NCBI GenBank assembly: GCA_963667015.2
Contig: CAXXJJ010000001.1
Coordinates: forward strand, 896,001 to 960,000
DNA from: Desulfatiglandales bacterium
GTDB lineage: Bacteria > Desulfobacterota > DSM-4660 > Desulfatiglandales > HGW-15
Direction of reading: 5' to 3'
DNA: 64,000 nucleotides
Shown here: positions 10,407-20,487 of the stretch, piece by piece
Layout: each line of letters opens with the position of its first letter
Numbering within the stretch: the stretch's first letter is position 1
Position numbers and translations under genes: made by a program
The notes under the pieces: generated by a model
Seen by the model: only the letters and a program-made list of their open reading frames with translations
What the model was told of the DNA's origin: nothing
Databases searched by the model: none

Positions 10407-12479
10407 ATGAAAATAAAAAAATCTATTCTGTTTCAACTGCTACTTGTTATAGCGTTAATGCTGTTGTTTGATACTGAATGTTCTATGGCTTCCGATCGCC
10501 CATTTAATAATACTGCCAACTGGGGTGGTACAGGGCTTATGGAGATACCTAATGCCAGGATCCTGGAAGATGGAGAGGTAAGATTTGGTGCAGCTCAGGC
10601 ATTACCATTCAGGTGGTATTATGGAGGTATGGGGATACTTCCTGGCTTAGAGTTTACGGCAAGAGTTACTGAAATGACAAATATTTTTCCTGATTCTGAT
10701 AGTGTATTTACTCCCGATTACGGTGGTAACAAAGATAAAGCAGTCCATTTAAAATATCAAATAATACCGGAATCAAAAGAAATACCTGCGATTGCGATTG
10801 GTTTTGATGATTTTTGGGGTACAGGTCAGTTTACAAATGAGTATTTGGTAATGAGTCGCCAGGTATATCCGATCGACATTACATTAGGTATTGGTAGCAA
10901 AAGATTAAGTGGTGGTTCAATACAGTTTTTTTCTGATGATTACAGCCTATTCGGCGGTTTCGAAATGGTTTTAAGTGATCGTTTTATATTTATGGCAGAA
11001 TATAACCCCATTAAATATGAAAATGATCCCATTAGTTTTAGAGGTATTCCTCAAGGAGCAAAAACTCCTGTAAATGTCGGTCTAAGAACAAAGATCACTC
11101 AAGGAATTGAAATGGGATTATCATTTCAGCGTGGTGATGTTTTTGGTATATCTCTTAGTGTAACATCACTTCTAGGTGAGCAAATTCTCCCACAGGCCCC
11201 TGATCCTGCACCCCTGTTACCAGTGGACAGAAGATCTTTTGAGGAAAGAGAAAATAAAGAAATAATCCAGAGTGTTTATGACGCAGTTAAAAAGGCAGGC
11301 TTTGAAGGCGTTGCAGTTTATACAGACGGATATGATGTCATTTGTGAATTCAAAAATAACAAATATTTATCTAACCAGAAGGCTGTGGACAGAGTGTTAA
11401 GATTTTTGCTTTTCTATTCTCCAGAAGATACTGAACTTCTAACAGCCGTAGTAAAAAATGACAAATTCCCAATCCTTAAAGTATCAGTAAAGCCTGATCA
11501 TATGGATAAATATATACTTGGTGATATTTCTGAAGAGACCTTTACAAAAAAGCTCCTGAAGATAGATATTGCCAATGAAATTATAGTAGACGAGAATAGT
11601 AATTATTTGAGTATATCAGATGATAATGGCTATAATTTTGAGTATGGCATTAAACCCGACATCGATATTTACTGGAACGATCCATCAGGATTTTTAAAAT
11701 TTGCTGTAGGTGTTGCTCCATATTTTGGTATGGATTTGTGGAAAGGGGCTTCAGCCTATGCTCGTTTTAATGTCCCCATATATTCAAATATTACGTCCCC
11801 TTCAACCGAAGAATTGCCGCTGGATGTTGTAAGGAGTGATATAGCTAAATACAAGAAAGATAACTACACTTTTGAGAGATTACAGATAGACCAGATTTTT
11901 CACCTCTCTGACAGACTTTTCAGCCGGTTGAGTATCGGATTTTTTGAAACAATGTATGCCGGGATTGGCGGCGAAGCTCTGTATTTTGTTGGTGATGGAA
12001 AGCTGGCACTTGGTCTTGAAGGTGACTGGGTTAAAAAACGAGTTCCTAAAAAATTATTTGAGTTAATGGATGTGGATCGCCATACTCTCCTAGGAAGTGC
12101 CTATTATCACTATTCCGGCCTGGATATAACATTTAAAACACAATACGGAAGATTCCTTGCCGGGGATGTGGGCTGGAAAATTGATGTAAGCCGGAGATAT
12201 AAAACAGGCGCTGTTCTTGGGATGTTTATTGCCTATACAGATACTGATAATATAGACCAGCCTTCGTTTAATGATGATTATAATCACAAGGGTGTATACT
12301 TAAGGCTGCCAGTCAGAATGTTTTATACCAGGGATTCAACGAAATTCCTCAATTATAACATATCCCCATGGACCAGGGATGTTGGACAGACGATATCCCA
12401 CTTGAAAAATCTATACAGCATTGCCGGAGAACTCATGCCGGCAAAGTTTAAAGCTGAACCTGATGAGATTAAGAACTGA
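10407..12479 (+). CDS. YjbH-domain outer-membrane exopolysaccharide protein
   Basis: Signal peptide, GGTGLMEIPNAR, ETMYAGIGGE, YGRFLAGDVG and PWTRDVGQ. Confidence 0.85.
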   Translation: MKIKKSILFQLLLVIALMLLFDTECSMASDRPFNNTANWGGTGLMEIPNARILEDGEVRFGAAQALPFRWYYGGMGILPGLEFTARVTEMTNIFPDSDSVFTPDYGGNKDKAVHLKYQIIPESKEIPAIAIGFDDFWGTGQFTNEYLVMSRQVYPIDITLGIGSKRLSGGSIQFFSDDYSLFGGFEMVLSDRFIFMAEYNPIKYENDPISFRGIPQGAKTPVNVGLRTKITQGIEMGLSFQRGDVFGISLSVTSLLGEQILPQAPDPAPLLPVDRRSFEERENKEIIQSVYDAVKKAGFEGVAVYTDGYDVICEFKNNKYLSNQKAVDRVLRFLLFYSPEDTELLTAVVKNDKFPILKVSVKPDHMDKYILGDISEETFTKKLLKIDIANEIIVDENSNYLSISDDNGYNFEYGIKPDIDIYWNDPSGFLKFAVGVAPYFGMDLWKGASAYARFNVPIYSNITSPSTEELPLDVVRSDIAKYKKDNYTFERLQIDQIFHLSDRLFSRLSIGFFETMYAGIGGEALYFVGDGKLALGLEGDWVKKRVPKKLFELMDVDRHTLLGSAYYHYSGLDITFKTQYGRFLAGDVGWKIDVSRRYKTGAVLGMFIAYTDTDNIDQPSFNDDYNHKGVYLRLPVRMFYTRDSTKFLNYNISPWTRDVGQTISHLKNLYSIAGELMPAKFKAEPDEIKN

Positions 12480-12530
12480 TATCTATTTAGCTTTACTTGG
12501 ATGATGCGTTTTGATAGAAAATTCAAAGTT

Positions 12531-12620
12531 GACCACAAAGACTCAAAGTACACTAAGAAAAACAGTATCCAAAGTTTGTAAGTTTATAAAGATTTGGCGC
12601 CTTTAATCCCTTGGCGGTTA
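12531..12620. repeat. Family A 9-bp-periodic inverted repeat pair
   Basis: GACCACAAAGACTCAAAGTACACTAAG ... TTGGCGCCTTTAATCCCTTGGCGGTT around an AT-rich spacer. Confidence 0.7.
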
Positions 12621-12658
12621 AATCATAATTTATTAAATATATATTTATAGAAAAATAT

Positions 12659-14584
12659 ATGCCGAAATTTTTAAATAAAAATTTTTTTCTTATTTTTATC
12701 CTTGATGTTGTGCTGGTGGCATTTTCCTGGTATTTTGCCCATCTGCTCAGGTTTAATTTCAACATCCCCGACAGCTCTCGTTATATTTTTCTGCATTTTT
12801 TACCCCTGATTATATTAACCAAGATAATAATTTTTTATCTGTTTGATCTTTATAAGGGTATGTGGCGGTATACCAGCCTTTCCGATTTATTATCTATACT
12901 TAAAGCAGGTAGCATAGCATCGCTTGTTGTTATTCTGATGACTTTTTTTGTTCACAGGCTTGGCGGATTCTCTCGGTCCATATTTATTATAGACTGGTTA
13001 CTGACTCTTATTTTTGTCGCAGGGACAAGAGTTGCTATCAGACTTTCTTTTTGGATAGTCGCAGGAGATGAGTCGGCGCGTTTAGGTAAACGAAAATTTG
13101 TAAAAGCTCTTTTTACAAAAAATCAGAGGGGTAAAAGGCTGATCGTGATCGGGGCAGGAGACTGCGGTGAAAAGATCAGTAGAGAGATTCACGATAACCC
13201 CGGACTCGGTTATCGGATTGTTGGATTTATCGATGATGATCCTGTTAAGTCCAAGAGAAATATCCACGGTATTCCAATTGTGGGAAACAGAGACGAGATC
13301 AAGTTTTACTCACAGCAGTTAAATGCCCAGGAAATTCTCATCGCTATGCCATCCATATCATCAAGGGATATGCGGACTATTGTGAAGCTTTGCGAAGGGG
13401 CAGGTATTCCTTTTAAGACAGTTCCGGGCATGGGCGAACTCATAAATGGAAAGGTTACTATAAAAGCTATAAGGGATGTTTCATATAAGGACCTCCTTGG
13501 AAGGGCTCAGATTAAACTCGATGAAGGGCAGATAGAGGCATATCTAAAAGGGAAACGGATACTGATTACAGGTGCTGGAGGCTCAATCGGTTCTGAATTA
13601 TGTCGGCAGGTATGCAGGTTTTCACCGGAAAGCCTTATTCTGTTTGAACGTGCGGAAAGTCCTCTTTATGAGATTGAACTCGAATTAAGAGAGCATTTTC
13701 CAGATCTAAATATTATTCCCAGACTTGCGGATATACTTAATACACGGAAACTGGATAAAATATTTGAAGATACAAGACCTGAAGTAGTGTTCCATGCCGC
13801 CGCCTACAAGCATGTCCCCATGCTTGAGCATAATCCATGGGAGGCAATTGGTAATAATATCCTTGGTACAAGAAATGTCGTAACAGCATCGAATAATCAT
13901 AATGTAAAAAGATTTGTGCTTGTATCAACCGATAAGGCCGTGAGACCTGCAAACGTGATGGGTTCCTCAAAAAGGGTTGCAGAGTTGATAGTTCAGGCGC
14001 AGAACAGTTGCGGTCTTTCTGAAACCAAGTATATTACAGTAAGATTCGGGAATGTTGTCGGCAGTGTTGGAAGTGTAATCCCGCTTTTTAAAAGACAGAT
14101 TGAAAAAGGCGGCCCGGTCACTGTAACCCACCCTGAAATTACCAGATTTTTCATGACTATCCCCGAGGCATGCCAGCTTATTTTACAGGCAGGATCCATG
14201 GGGAATGGCGGTGAAATATTCATACTCGATATGGGTGTTCCGATAAAGATAGCAGATATGGCAGAGGACCTGATTCGTCTTTCTGGTTTTGAGCCATATG
14301 AAGATATAGATATCAAGTTTGTGGGGCTGAGACCCGGGGAAAAGCTTTATGAGGAATTAATTACAGAGGGCGAAGGGATAGTCAACACGTCTCATGAAAA
14401 GATCATGGTCTTAAAGGGTACAGCCTGTGAGATGAATATACTCAACGGAAGACTCGAACGGATGAAGAGGTTGATGGAAGCGCAGGATGGTACAGGGATA
14501 AGATCAGCCTTGAAGGAAATTCTTCCGGAATATAAAGAAGCGGAAATAGTTAATAGTAAAGAGAATACAGAAAAGAGCAACTAA
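12659..14584 (+). CDS. Membrane NDP-sugar 4,6-dehydratase (CapD/PglF/WbpM family)
   Basis: N-terminal TM helices, GAGGSIGSEL, HAAAYKHVP, STDKAV, VRFGNV and GLRPGEKLYEEL. Confidence 0.95.
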   Translation: MPKFLNKNFFLIFILDVVLVAFSWYFAHLLRFNFNIPDSSRYIFLHFLPLIILTKIIIFYLFDLYKGMWRYTSLSDLLSILKAGSIASLVVILMTFFVHRLGGFSRSIFIIDWLLTLIFVAGTRVAIRLSFWIVAGDESARLGKRKFVKALFTKNQRGKRLIVIGAGDCGEKISREIHDNPGLGYRIVGFIDDDPVKSKRNIHGIPIVGNRDEIKFYSQQLNAQEILIAMPSISSRDMRTIVKLCEGAGIPFKTVPGMGELINGKVTIKAIRDVSYKDLLGRAQIKLDEGQIEAYLKGKRILITGAGGSIGSELCRQVCRFSPESLILFERAESPLYEIELELREHFPDLNIIPRLADILNTRKLDKIFEDTRPEVVFHAAAYKHVPMLEHNPWEAIGNNILGTRNVVTASNNHNVKRFVLVSTDKAVRPANVMGSSKRVAELIVQAQNSCGLSETKYITVRFGNVVGSVGSVIPLFKRQIEKGGPVTVTHPEITRFFMTIPEACQLILQAGSMGNGGEIFILDMGVPIKIADMAEDLIRLSGFEPYEDIDIKFVGLRPGEKLYEELITEGEGIVNTSHEKIMVLKGTACEMNILNGRLERMKRLMEAQDGTGIRSALKEILPEYKEAEIVNSKENTEKSN

Positions 14585-14603
14585 AAGCCAATTAGAATGC
14601 TGT

Positions 14604-14687
14604 GAACCGCTAAGATGCAAAGAACGCGAAGAAAAACAATTATTGTTTTTTTAACAATTAAAAGAAAACTTAGCGTCTTTGCTGTTA
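14604..14687. repeat. Family A 9-bp-periodic inverted repeat pair
   Basis: GAACCGCTAAGATGCAAAGAACGCGAAG ... CTTAGCGTCTTTGCTGTT, about 20 bp after the dehydratase stop. Confidence 0.8.
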
Positions 14688-14717
14688 ATCTTTCTTAATA
14701 CATTGGAGATAGATGTA

Positions 14718-15155
14718 ATGACAAGTGGGAAAACAAAACTGATTATAGGAATAGTTATAGGAATAATCCTTTCCTTTTTGTATTTTCATTTTTTCGCCCC
14801 AAGATACGAGATTCAAAAGACTGCTGTTTTTACAGTAAAGATTGACAAATGGACTGGAGAATCCTGGCGGTTAGTTGATAACAACTGGAAAAAAATGATT
14901 GATATGGATGAAGACTGGCAATTGGTCGATAAGACTCTGGGTGAAGCAATCAATATTAATATCCCGGAGGCCCAGGTTGATTCCGGGGCCGCCCTTAAAA
15001 GACTCAGAGACCGGTATCCGGTATTAAAAGACATTCCTGATTATGATTTGCTTGAAAGAATCAAGCTGGTCTACTCCAAAGAATTACTTGTAAATCTGTA
15101 CCTTAAAGGTTTTATGAACGTGGAAAAAGCAAAAGAGACAACATATCAGGAATAG
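14718..15155 (+). CDS. Hypothetical membrane-anchored protein
   Basis: ATG 14718 with upstream GGAG; N-terminal TM helix; IDKWTGESW motif. The TTG start in the ORF track lies inside a repeat arm. Confidence 0.7.
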   Translation: MTSGKTKLIIGIVIGIILSFLYFHFFAPRYEIQKTAVFTVKIDKWTGESWRLVDNNWKKMIDMDEDWQLVDKTLGEAININIPEAQVDSGAALKRLRDRYPVLKDIPDYDLLERIKLVYSKELLVNLYLKGFMNVEKAKETTYQE

Positions 15156-15186
15156 CTTAGATTTATTTTATAAAAGCTTTAGTAAG

Positions 15187-15225
15187 CCGATGATGCGGAA
15201 AGTTATTTTGCATCATCGGTTTTTT
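15187..15225 (+). terminator. Intrinsic terminator
   Basis: CCGATGATGC / GCATCATCGG stem followed by a T run. Confidence 0.8.
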
Positions 15226-15335
15226 GTTTTCCGTCACCAGAACACCTAGGGAAATATCATCTCTCTATGCTCTGCCTTTGCCGAAAAAACGGGTTTTGAG
15301 ATTGTTGAGAGGCAAGATAGAAGGAGAATATGTGG

Positions 15336-15749
15336 CTATTCATTGAGAGATTGATGAAGTATTGCGATGAAAGTTGATAGTTTGATTATTTCAATGCTTT
15401 CATAACTTTTTAAATTGAGCAAATGCTTATCTCCGGTGACAATATATTTTGCATTTGCTTTTAAGGCACATTCCAGGATTCGGTTATCAGGCTCATCCGA
15501 TACAATGTGCAGCGGTGGTTGGGTTTTTAATACTATTGCCAGATTGCTTATGGATTTGATCAATTGTTCAATTTTATTTTTTTCCCATCCAAATTTTTCG
15601 TCCAGTTTATTTGCAAGTTCTGCCAGAATTGCTAATGAAGTATATAATTCAAAATCACCTTCAATGGCTTTTAGATAAGCTTTTTCAGCATTTCCACCAG
15701 GTATAACAAAGGCTGAGATATAGATATTGGTGTCGAAGACAACCTTCAA
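15336..15749 (-). CDS. PIN-domain toxin (putative TA toxin)
   Basis: VVFDTNIYISA, DEPDNRILECA and IVTGDKHLL. Confidence 0.9.
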   Translation of the reverse strand: MKVVFDTNIYISAFVIPGGNAEKAYLKAIEGDFELYTSLAILAELANKLDEKFGWEKNKIEQLIKSISNLAIVLKTQPPLHIVSDEPDNRILECALKANAKYIVTGDKHLLNLKSYESIEIIKLSTFIAILHQSLNE

Positions 15750-15751
15750 TT

Positions 15752-16003
15752 TTATCGTCCTTCGAAAACAAGCTTTTCAACGTCAGACTCAGTAAATATT
15801 CCTTTTTGTTTGGCCTGTTCGGATCCGTATGCCTGAAGCTCTTTTAGCTCCTCTTTCAAGTTTTGCTTCTTATATGCAATGAACATCTCCCTGAAAAGTA
15901 CGCTCCTGTTTTTTGACATCTTTTTTGCCATCTTCTCATATTCTTCCGCCATTTCCTGTGGCATGGATATTGTTAGGGCTTTTCGTTTTTCACTGCTTCT
16001 CAT
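15752..16003 (-). CDS. Ribbon-helix-helix (CopG-like) antitoxin
   Basis: LTISMP...NRSVLFRE; directly upstream of the PIN gene; ATG 16003 follows a G9 run. Confidence 0.8.
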   Translation of the reverse strand: MRSSEKRKALTISMPQEMAEEYEKMAKKMSKNRSVLFREMFIAYKKQNLKEELKELQAYGSEQAKQKGIFTESDVEKLVFEGR

Positions 16004-16024
16004 ATGATTACCCCCCCCCAAATA

Positions 16025-16064
16025 GTATGACAAAATCATACAATTTAGTGAGGCAATAGGTCAA
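16025..16064 (-). promoter_or_regulatory. sigma70 promoter of the TA operon with overlapping palindromic operator
   Basis: Minus strand TTGACC (16064-16059), 18 bp, TATGAT (16040-16035); GTATGA-N5-TCATAC palindrome at 16025-16041 overlaps the -10. Confidence 0.55.
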
Positions 16065-16348
16065 GGTGTATTTGTAAGAGATGAGAGCGTTTGGGGGCTG
16101 GAAAAGCCACATGAAAAACTGGATGACTGGAAACTCTTGATGGAATGAGCAAAGAGAGTATATGAACTGACTGGCTCATTTCCTCAACATAGCTCTATGG
16201 TTTACCTAATTGGCTTCACAGATGTTTGATTGTAATCATGAAAAGAAATTATTTTAAGATATTATTGTCAAAGTTAATCCAAAACGGAAATCAACAATAA
16301 ATATTTTACCTATTGCAGCCTTGGGCTAAAAACGGTAAAATTATAACT

Positions 16349-17272
16349 ATGGATCTTGATGAATTAATACAGAAGGGTAAAATAAAGAGAATTTTCAGGG
16401 CTAAGAGGAAAATTACCCAGCCCAATCTTATTTCTCATATTACCCAGCGGGCCGCCGGAAAAGAGCCTCTTTTTGTTGAAGATTCCGATTATCTATTTAT
16501 GCTCGCTAATCTTAAAGATATCTCCAAAAGACGATCCCTTGATGTGTATGCATTTTGTCTTATGCCTAATCATATACATTTGCTTGTCAGTCCACGCAAG
16601 TACGAGCTGCATGAGCCCATGAGAGATCTTTTTTCCCGATATGCCATGTGGTTTAATAATAAATACGAAAGAAAAGGACATCTTTTTGCAGGGCCATACA
16701 GGCAAGCTGTATGCCTTGATGATTCCTACCTGCTTGCTGCTTCCTTATATATACATATGAATCCGGTTCGTGCCGGTCTGGTCAATGAGCCCTCTGAATA
16801 CAGGTGGTCTTCTATTGTTCTTTATCTTGACGAAAATAACTTACCTTCATTTGTGAGACCTGGTTTTGTACTTGGTTTATTATCAAATGAAAAAAATAAG
16901 CGAAAGCTTTGCTATAAAGAGTTACTGGAAAAGAGTGTATCTTTATTGCATACAGATGTAATGGAGGATAAAAATGCGGTGCAGAGCCTTAAGGTGCTCC
17001 TGTCAAAGGCATTTTCTTCTATATTTTCCGGGGTTGAAAAAGGCAGAAGGGTTGCAACGCAAACCGGAATGGATTTTCTTGATGAAGAAGAACTTGATCG
17101 ACAGGTCAATGCTTTTAAGAAAGGCATTTCTGTCAGGTCACCGGAAACAATAAAGGCCCGTCGTTTTCTTATTAAACAGCTTATTGCGCGTGGCTATAAA
17201 AGAGATGAAATAGCTGTAAGGCTTGGTATATCGGTAAAAACTGTCTACAATATTTTAAACGCGGAGATATAA
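16349..17272 (+). CDS. REP-associated tyrosine transposase (RAYT/Y1 HUH family) with C-terminal HTH
   Basis: HITQR, FCLMPNHIHLL (HUH), GHLF, YIHMNPVRAG (catalytic Tyr), YRWSS; C-terminal EIAVRLGISVKTVYNIL helix-turn-helix. Confidence 0.88.
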   Translation: MDLDELIQKGKIKRIFRAKRKITQPNLISHITQRAAGKEPLFVEDSDYLFMLANLKDISKRRSLDVYAFCLMPNHIHLLVSPRKYELHEPMRDLFSRYAMWFNNKYERKGHLFAGPYRQAVCLDDSYLLAASLYIHMNPVRAGLVNEPSEYRWSSIVLYLDENNLPSFVRPGFVLGLLSNEKNKRKLCYKELLEKSVSLLHTDVMEDKNAVQSLKVLLSKAFSSIFSGVEKGRRVATQTGMDFLDEEELDRQVNAFKKGISVRSPETIKARRFLIKQLIARGYKRDEIAVRLGISVKTVYNILNAEI

Positions 17273-17489
17273 TATTTAAACAAATATTTTTGAAAACTTG
17301 TATTACCTTTTTTAGCCTTGAGCCTTTTTCGGTAAAAATAATGGCAATGATTTATTTTTGTAAATTAATATGATGAGTTGGAATTTGAATACACGTTCAG
17401 AAAAACAGTTGATCTTAATCAAAATGGGAAATACCCTGTTTTTAAAAGAGTAAAAATTAATCCTGAAAATTATAAATGCTGGTAATAAC

Positions 17490-20405
17490 ATGAATGTTAA
17501 AAAAAAATATGATTTATTAAACGAACAGGATATCCCTGAATTAAATGCCAGGACCTTTCTCTATCGACATATCAAAACCGGGGCTGAGGTATTTTCCCTG
17601 GTTAATAATGATGAAAACAAGGTGTTTGGTATTACATTTCGTACTCCTCCTGAGGATTCCACAGGTCTCCCTCACATACTTGAGCATTCCGTGCTTTGCG
17701 GTTCAAGAAAATATCCTGTAAAGGAACCGTTTGTTGAATTGATGAAGAGTTCTCTTCAGACATTTTTAAATGCAATGACATTTCCTGATAAGACATGCTA
17801 CCCGGTTGCAAGCCAGAACCTGCAGGATTTTTACAACCTGGTTGATGTGTACCTTGATGCAGTCTTTTTCCCCAGTCTTACACCATATCTGCTTATGCAG
17901 GAAGGATGGCATTATGATCTTAAAAGTCCTGATGAGCGGCTTACTATAAAGGGCGTTGTATACAGTGAAATGAAGGGATACTACTCCTCACCTGACAGTC
18001 TTTTGTATGACTATACAATGAGATCACTTTTTCCTGATAATGCCTATGTCTTTGACTCGGGCGGTGATCCAAAGAAAATCCCTGATCTTACCTTTGAAAA
18101 ATTTAAAGAGTTTCATGAAAAATATTACCATCCTTCCAACTCCAGGATCTTTTTCTCTGGTGACGATGATCCTGAAAAGCGGCTTGAAATAATCGATGAG
18201 TATCTGAACAGCTTTGAAAAGATTGAAATCGAATCATACGTTGCACCTCAAAAATCATTTGAAAAACCGCTCAGGATAATACGTTCATTTGATCCGGGAG
18301 AGCAGGGCTCTGAACCGAAGGGCAGGTTTACACTCAGCTGGTTATTTCCTCAGAATAATGATCCTGTCTTTGTGTTTTCCATGTATCTCCTCGAGTATAT
18401 TCTTATAGGTATGCCAGGTTCTCCATTGAGAAAAGCGCTTATTGAATCCGGTCTGGGTGAAGATCTTGCGGGTGTTGGCCTTGAGAATGATCTGTTACAG
18501 ATGTATTTTTCCACAGGCCTCAAGGGGATAAGCCCGGAAAAGATAGACCAGGCCCAGAACCTGATTATTCAAACCCTTAGAAATCTTACCATAAGGGGGA
18601 TTGATAAAAAGGACATTGAGGCCGCTATTAACAGTATGGAGTTTTTATTCAGGGAAAACAATACAGGCAGTTACCCAAGGGGATTGATGATCATGTTAAG
18701 AGCATTAAATTTCTGGCTTTATGATGAAGATCCCCTGGCCCTGGTTGCATTTGAAAAGCCTTTAAACTCTATTAAAGCTGCTTTGGATGAGAATGATCGC
18801 TATTTTGAGGAACTGATTGAAAAATATTTCATTAATAATAACCACAGGACAACAGTTATATTAAGGCCTGAAAAGGGGCTGCTCGAAAAGGAAAATAAAT
18901 CTGAAGAAAAAAAACTTGCTGATCATTTGGAAAAATTGAATGACTCTGAAGTTGAGGGGATTATTAACAATACCCACATACTGAAAGATCTTCAGGAAAA
19001 ACCTGATTCTCCTGAGAACCTTGCATCTATCCCTGTTCTTAAGCTCTCTGACATGGAAAAACTAAACAGGATATTTCCATGTGAAGAGATGGAAGAAAGC
19101 GGGACCAGGGTTATGTATCATGATCTGTTCACTAATGGTATTGTCTATTTTGATATTGGCTTTAACCTGCATTTGCTTCCGCAAAAATATCTCCCCTATT
19201 CACGTCTACTGGGGCGGTCACTTCTGGAAATAGGGACTTCAAGGGAAGATTATATTTCACTGACCCAGCGCATCAGCAGAAAGACAGGTGGTATCAGGCC
19301 GGTATTTCATACATCAAGCATAAAAGACAGCAGAGAGAGCGGTACCTACATGTTCCTGCGGGGAAAGGCAATGCAGGAAAACACCTCTGAATTGCTGGAT
19401 ATAATACGAGATGTACTGCTTGATGTGAAACTGGATAATATTGAAAGGTTTAAGCAGATAGTTCTTGAATCAAAGGCCCGGGAAGAGCAGAAACTGTTGT
19501 CATCAGGCCATCAGATAGCCAATCTTCGCCTTAAAGCAAATTTTAATGAGGCTGACTGGGCTGCAGAACAGATGAACGGAATGAGCTACCTTTTCTTTTT
19601 AAGAGAACTGGCCGAACGGATCGAAAATGACTGGTCCGGTGTTCTGGAAGATCTTATGAAAATCCGTGAACTGCTGGTTAACAGAGACCATATGATTGTC
19701 AATATTACTTTAAATAGGGAAGGCCGGGAGAAGATATATCCGGAGACTGTAAAGTTTATCAGTGAAATCCCTTCAGCAGTTAGTGATACAGAGAAGTGGC
19801 AGTGCAGTAACCTGGCAGAATATGAAGGGATTATTGTCCCTTCACAGGTAAATTATGTTGCCAAAGGTACCGATATTAACGCACATGGATATAGACCTCA
19901 TGGATCTGTTCATGTGATCACAAGGTTTCTGAGGTCGGCCTGGTTATGGGAACAGGTGAGGGTAAGGGGCGGAGCCTATGGTGTGTTTTGTACATTTGAT
20001 CGTTTGTCAGGCATGTTGACATTTTTATCATACCGTGACCCGAATATTCTGGCCACGCTAAATGCCTTTGATGACACAGCGGATTTTTTAAAAACACTGG
20101 ATATCAGTAGTGATGAAATTACTAAATCCATCATTGGAACCATAGGCAATATGGACAGCTACCTGCTGCCGGATGCAAAGGGTTATATTTCGATGCTTCG
20201 GCATCTTTCAGGCGAAACCGACGAAGAGCGCCAGCATATAAGGGATGAAATATTGAGTACAGGCCTGGATGATTTCAGGGCGTTCGCAGAGTTTCTAAAA
20301 ACTGTAAAAGATAAAGGGATTGTAAAAATAGTCGGATCTGATGCAGGCATTAACCAGGCAATGAAGGAGAAGCCCGGATGGCTTGAGATCATTAAGCCTC
20401 TATAG
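17490..20405 (+). CDS. M16C insulinase-family (presequence-protease-like) metallopeptidase
   Basis: HILEH inverted zinc motif, FLNAMTFPDKTCYP, VRVRGGAYG and SYRDP. Confidence 0.95.
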   Translation: MNVKKKYDLLNEQDIPELNARTFLYRHIKTGAEVFSLVNNDENKVFGITFRTPPEDSTGLPHILEHSVLCGSRKYPVKEPFVELMKSSLQTFLNAMTFPDKTCYPVASQNLQDFYNLVDVYLDAVFFPSLTPYLLMQEGWHYDLKSPDERLTIKGVVYSEMKGYYSSPDSLLYDYTMRSLFPDNAYVFDSGGDPKKIPDLTFEKFKEFHEKYYHPSNSRIFFSGDDDPEKRLEIIDEYLNSFEKIEIESYVAPQKSFEKPLRIIRSFDPGEQGSEPKGRFTLSWLFPQNNDPVFVFSMYLLEYILIGMPGSPLRKALIESGLGEDLAGVGLENDLLQMYFSTGLKGISPEKIDQAQNLIIQTLRNLTIRGIDKKDIEAAINSMEFLFRENNTGSYPRGLMIMLRALNFWLYDEDPLALVAFEKPLNSIKAALDENDRYFEELIEKYFINNNHRTTVILRPEKGLLEKENKSEEKKLADHLEKLNDSEVEGIINNTHILKDLQEKPDSPENLASIPVLKLSDMEKLNRIFPCEEMEESGTRVMYHDLFTNGIVYFDIGFNLHLLPQKYLPYSRLLGRSLLEIGTSREDYISLTQRISRKTGGIRPVFHTSSIKDSRESGTYMFLRGKAMQENTSELLDIIRDVLLDVKLDNIERFKQIVLESKAREEQKLLSSGHQIANLRLKANFNEADWAAEQMNGMSYLFFLRELAERIENDWSGVLEDLMKIRELLVNRDHMIVNITLNREGREKIYPETVKFISEIPSAVSDTEKWQCSNLAEYEGIIVPSQVNYVAKGTDINAHGYRPHGSVHVITRFLRSAWLWEQVRVRGGAYGVFCTFDRLSGMLTFLSYRDPNILATLNAFDDTADFLKTLDISSDEITKSIIGTIGNMDSYLLPDAKGYISMLRHLSGETDEERQHIRDEILSTGLDDFRAFAEFLKTVKDKGIVKIVGSDAGINQAMKEKPGWLEIIKPL

Positions 20406-20417
20406 TAAAAAGAAAAA

Positions 20418-20441
20418 GGGCACAGTGCACTGTGCCCCTAC
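20418..20441 (-). repeat. GTAG-type REP element
   Basis: Minus strand reads GTAG then the perfect palindrome GGGCACAGTGCACTGTGCCC; lies between convergent genes. Confidence 0.75.
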
Positions 20442-20487
20442 ATTAGAATCATAACTGATCCACCATTGTGAATGTAAATGTGAAAAG

